NCBI GenBank assembly: GCA_951406725.2
Contig: OX597833.1
Location: 26,288,001 to 26,352,000 of the forward strand
Reading direction: 5' to 3'
Source: Octopus vulgaris
Taxonomy: Eukaryota
DNA: 64,000 nt
Part shown: positions 59,655-64,000 of the stretch, in pieces
Position numbering within the stretch: the first letter of the stretch is position 1
Layout: every line of letters begins with the position of its first letter
Translations under genes and position numbers: made by a program
Notes under the pieces: model-generated
Database searches by the model: none
Told to the model about the DNA's origin: nothing
What the model saw: only the letters and a program-made list of their open reading frames with translations

Positions 59655-59837
59655 CTGTTTAAAATATACACCTTCCCTCAACATAGCTAAATAGAAATAA
59701 ATTACAGACAATAGAAAAAAATAAACCAAAGGAAAACAAATACGTGACAATAAACTTTGGACTCGCTAACTTAAAGATTAAATGTCGAACACGTATTCCT
59801 AGTTTCACCAAATATTTTACATTAAAAAGAAAAACAT

Positions 59838-60127
59838 GGCACTTCGTCGGTTACGGCAATGATGTTTCCAGTTGATTCGATCATCGGAACAGCCTACTCG
59901 CGAAATTAACGTGCAAGTGGCTGATCACTCCACACACACGAGTCCGTATGACTCCGCGTGACAGAGAATGACAAGGCCTGTCCTTTGTATTACCGGTACA
60001 ACTCCTTTTTGACAGCTGAGTGGAGCAACGTGAAATAAAGTGTCTTAAAGACACAACACACCGCCGGGAATCGAACTCTCAACGTTACGGTCGAGAGCCG
60101 ATTACCCTAACCACTAAGCCACGCGCT
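59838..60127 (-). mobile_element. Degenerate SINE, family B variant
   Basis: Head gcgcgtggcttagtggttaggg...gagttcgattccc; tail shared with 2660-2810 and 62698-63000. Confidence 0.75.
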
Positions 60128-60952
60128 TATTCCAGACTTATAACATTACGTATTGGCCAAACTCAAATGACACAAATTTTCCTTTATGCGTATGGTCACA
60201 TCTACCTATTTCTTTAATGCATGACTTTATGGTTTTATAGCCATGAAAATATTTTATTTGACTTTCGAGAACCCGGTGAAGTTATATGAGGTTGTAGGTT
60301 TAATTAAACCTAACGAATTTTGAATAAATAATCGTCTTATCAAATAATAAATGCTATGTGAATGCACATATGTAATAAACAAAACGCTTTAGTGTATGAT
60401 AACTGCATGTGTGTGTGTGTGTGTGTATGTGTGTGTGTGTGTGTCTGTGTGTGTGTGCGTTTTAGTTTCTATTTCTTCGAAAATTAACTTTACATGACAC
60501 CGCTTGCCAATGGGTGTTTCGCTGCGGGAAGTGTTCACTAAACGAAATTTACAAACGTTGAGTCTGTAATAATTTTGTAACAGTAAATAGAAATATGACC
60601 ACTTTTTTTTGCACACACACACTCACACACAACATTCACGCAGGCATGCACACGCTCATACAATGTATAAACTAATAAACAAACAGAATGATATATAAAT
60701 AATCCATCTGTACGTACGTATGCACATATTGATGGATGTATGTATTTATATATGGTCAGAAAAAATAAATATATGTTTGTGGAGTAAATCATAGATGAAA
60801 AGATATCTATGAAACAGATATGATTTACTGAGCTCAATGCTTTGGCCAGTATAGCGCGCAACAAAAGTATACCTTGTTCTTTATAGCTAAATATAAATAA
60901 ATATTAGACAATAGAACAAATAAACCAAAGGGAAACGAAATATAGAACTTAC

Positions 60953-61017
60953 CTTTTTAGGAACTGATAAAAAATGTTTGTGTCTGTTGGTATTGGAACT
61001 TATGCTGTATGAACAGC
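60953..61017 (-). CDS. Candidate 65-nt internal exon (xCSYSISSNTNRHKHFLSVPKK)
   Basis: Strong acceptor ttctctttttctttccatccaacag and donor AAG|gtaagt; only one frame open (phase 1 to 0). Confidence 0.5.
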
Positions 61018-61155
61018 CTGTTGGATGGAAAGAAAAAGAGAATAGATATTTATTGTTTGGGTTGGCATTTAGATCAGTGTATAAAATTTATGTAAATATC
61101 AGCCAAAATAACAACAACTGTAATAATAATAATAATAATAATAATAATGATGATG

Positions 61156-61235
<80 letters not shown>

Positions 61236-61705
61236 TACAGCAACAATAATAATATGATAATATGAATTTCTTTGACGCTGAAGGACCCATTTATACAAGA
61301 GAAAAAATGTACACCTACAGATTACAAAAGCTGCAGCGACAGACGTGACAAAGGTATGTAAAATTGAAGGCAGCTATGATGAAGATATCGGTTTCAAATT
61401 TTAGCACAGGGCTAGAAATTTGGGGTGAGGGGGTAAAACGATTACATCGACTTCAATATTAGAGTGGTACTTATTTTATCCATCCCCAACGGATGAATAA
61501 CCAAGTTGACCTCGACGGAATATGTACTCAGAACGCAAAGGCAGACAACATGCCACGAAGCATTTTGCTCGGCGCTTTAACGATTCTGCCAACTTGCCGT
61601 CTTAGGTTTGATAAATATATCAAAAACACGATGAACATTTGAAAATATATTGATATAGATTAAAAAAATAAACATAGAATAATTGTATGATTATATAAAA
61701 TACAC

Positions 61706-61787
61706 TAGAATCAAAACAAGATATAATTACGGAAAGCAAAGCACATATTAGAGTGGTTGGTTCATTACAGTGAAATTTTTTTATCAT
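61706..61787 (-). CDS. Candidate signal-peptide exon (MIKKFHCNEPTTLICALLSVIISCFDS)
   Basis: Basic N-terminus plus hydrophobic core; only a weak phase-1 donor (A|gtgtat). Confidence 0.25.
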
Positions 61788-62697
61788 CGTTTGCATTGCA
61801 GATGACTTTTGGCTGGATTCCACTTCCTCTTTCTATTTTGTTTTTGTGTCATTTTTTTCTTCATCGACTGGCTACCTCTCCGTATCATTACAAATGACGC
61901 GATGATACTCTTAGTCGGTGGAGAGAAGACCGCCGAGGTTGAAGCGTATTCTTTGTTCCTTCCAGCAACTGTACCTTCTGTCAACCACAATCATCTTCAA
62001 TTCCAACTACACTGTCGCTGCCGGTTATGACTGGACAAAACAAGAGAACTTCAGCTTCCTTGCTAGTCACTGGAAAAAAGACAAGGATATCTCCGCTAAC
62101 AATTCTATAAGTTTGCCTGGCGCAGCTGTTGGAGTGGCACCTTCCCAACTCTACAGTTGTTTTCGGTGTAACTATTTTCTGTGCATTTCTTTTTTATAAA
62201 CGTTCCTATTTAACAGAAATTACTTTTGATGCCGCATGTATGATAGCAGGGCTGTCGGCACTATCAATCTTGTCTCTACATTCATATTTGGGCATAGTTT
62301 CTGGATAATCCTGTGAATTCGAGGAGACGCAAAAAGACGTAAGTCTATACTGACCTCTCCTGACAACGTATCATTGTTTGTGAGAAGCGAGCTTACCTCA
62401 TTCCATATTGCTCCTCAAAGGAAACAAGAAGAGCATATATCGCTAATGATATACCTTCTTGTAAACCTTGCTTTGCACTTAACCGTTCACTGACGTTTGA
62501 GAGAATAAGCGGAATCTTTGTGTATTATTTTGCTTGTGATTCAGACCAGGCTTCAGTTTTCAAGAACAGGTTGATGTTACCGTAGGATATACTTCGATCA
62601 ATGGATAATACTATGCCTCACACATCATCAGAGCTTCTTTCAATTACTCTTATCCTCTTCACTTTTAGAAACCGGTAGTCACAACAGATTTCTTCCT

Positions 62698-63000
62698 GGT
62701 GCGTGGCTTAATAGTTAGGGTATTCGGCACAAGATCGTAAGGTAGTGAGTTGGATTCCTGTCGTGCCATTGAACAAGGCACTTTATTTCACGATGCCCCC
62801 TTCTACTCAAATGTTAAGAATGAGCAGTACTTGTATTTCAAAAGCCAGCCACGTTACGATCTGTACCACGCTGAACGATAACTACGTGGAGGGTACACAT
62901 GTCTGTGGAGTGCTCAGCCACTTGCACATTAATTTCACGAGTAGACAGCTCCGCTAGTCGAATTAACTGGAACGCTCGTCGTAGTAACCGATGGAATGTC
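62698..63000 (+). mobile_element. Degenerate SINE, family B variant
   Basis: ggtgcgtggcttaatagttaggg...gagttggattcc head; tail gtctgtggagtgctcagccacttgcac. Confidence 0.75.
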
Positions 63001-63717
63001 AGTTTTTTTTTTCTTCATCTTCGTGTCCATTACCAAACAGGTAAGGAGTCAGAGTGTTTATTATAGCCATTTTGACACAGTTCCTTCTGGGCTTACACCT
63101 ATTCAAATAATGTGGATAAAACAGCATTTTTTCTTTCCAACGTTAAACAATATTAAATACGCGCGCGCATGAGTTCTGTGAGTCAGAGAGAGAAAGAAAG
63201 AGCGAGAGAGAGAGAGAGAGAGGCAGACAGACAGACAGACAGACAGAGAAACAAAGAGAATGAAAGAGAAAGGAAGAGGGAGAGAGAAAGCTACTGCAGT
63301 TCTTATTGCTGTTATCATATTTGAAGCATTTGAAAAGCACTTTCATTATCCGAAAATGCATATTTCCCCCATTCTGAAACGCCTGTATGTCAGTGCGTAA
63401 TATTTGTGTTTAATTACATTCTCTTTTGTTTAATATTTAGAGAAATATTGGAGTATATCCTTCAGTAGAGTTTATCGTTCTCGGTGTAGCTGTTTTGTCG
63501 CCATTAATATAGATATTGAAGACATCCCAAGCAAAATGCTATGATAGAGTATCTTTTGCCCCAAAGGAACAATATATACTCAAACTTAATAAATTCATTC
63601 GTTTTGTAATGGTACTTAAGTAAAAGAAGGAAGTTTTCCGCATTTAAAAGCACTTAGTATTCCAAACTTAAGGACCCAATGTAAACATATATCGACAATG
63701 CAACAACAATTAATAAT

Positions 63718-63786
<69 letters not shown>

Positions 63787-63901
63787 CAACAACAACAACA
63801 ACAAGAAATGCCCTGATACAGTACCAAGCACCGTCTTTCATGGATTCTGATCTTAAGTGATTGGAAGTGCTATCATGCACGTTTTGTCTTGGTATAAAAC
63901 A

Positions 63902-63932
<31 letters not shown>

Positions 63933-64000
63933 GGAGGAGGAGGAGGAGGAGGAGGGGGAGAAGGAGGAGGAGGAGGGAATCATAATAACAGCAAAGTGCT

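Overview
AT-rich eukaryotic DNA saturated with microsatellites ((TA)n, (CA)n, (TACA)n, (TAGA)n, (TAA)n, (CAT)n). The repeat inventory resembles an octopus/coleoid cephalopod genome; this is recognition from memory, not a database result. Almost all ORFs in the track are microsatellite artefacts. Real content is transposon-derived: four Tc1/mariner-superfamily elements with TIRs, a Tc2/pogo-like MITE, a 300-bp fold-back, a decayed hAT, two non-autonomous Helitron-like elements, RTE and L1/Tx1 LINE fragments, many copies of three SINE families, and several Penelope-like element (PLE) fragments. The most notable signal is about ten type I hammerhead-ribozyme-like motifs from several unrelated repeat families. 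They include an inverted pair bracketing a PLE RT/GIY-YIG ORF (27554-29288), a U3-A8 core variant (7928-7968), one at the apex of a ~100-nt hairpin (35854-35956) and one with a long branched stem II (38799-38884). The only host-gene candidate is a weak three-exon, minus-strand small secreted-peptide model (61787-59568). All structures were folded by eye, none is validated, and PLE hammerheads are a known class.
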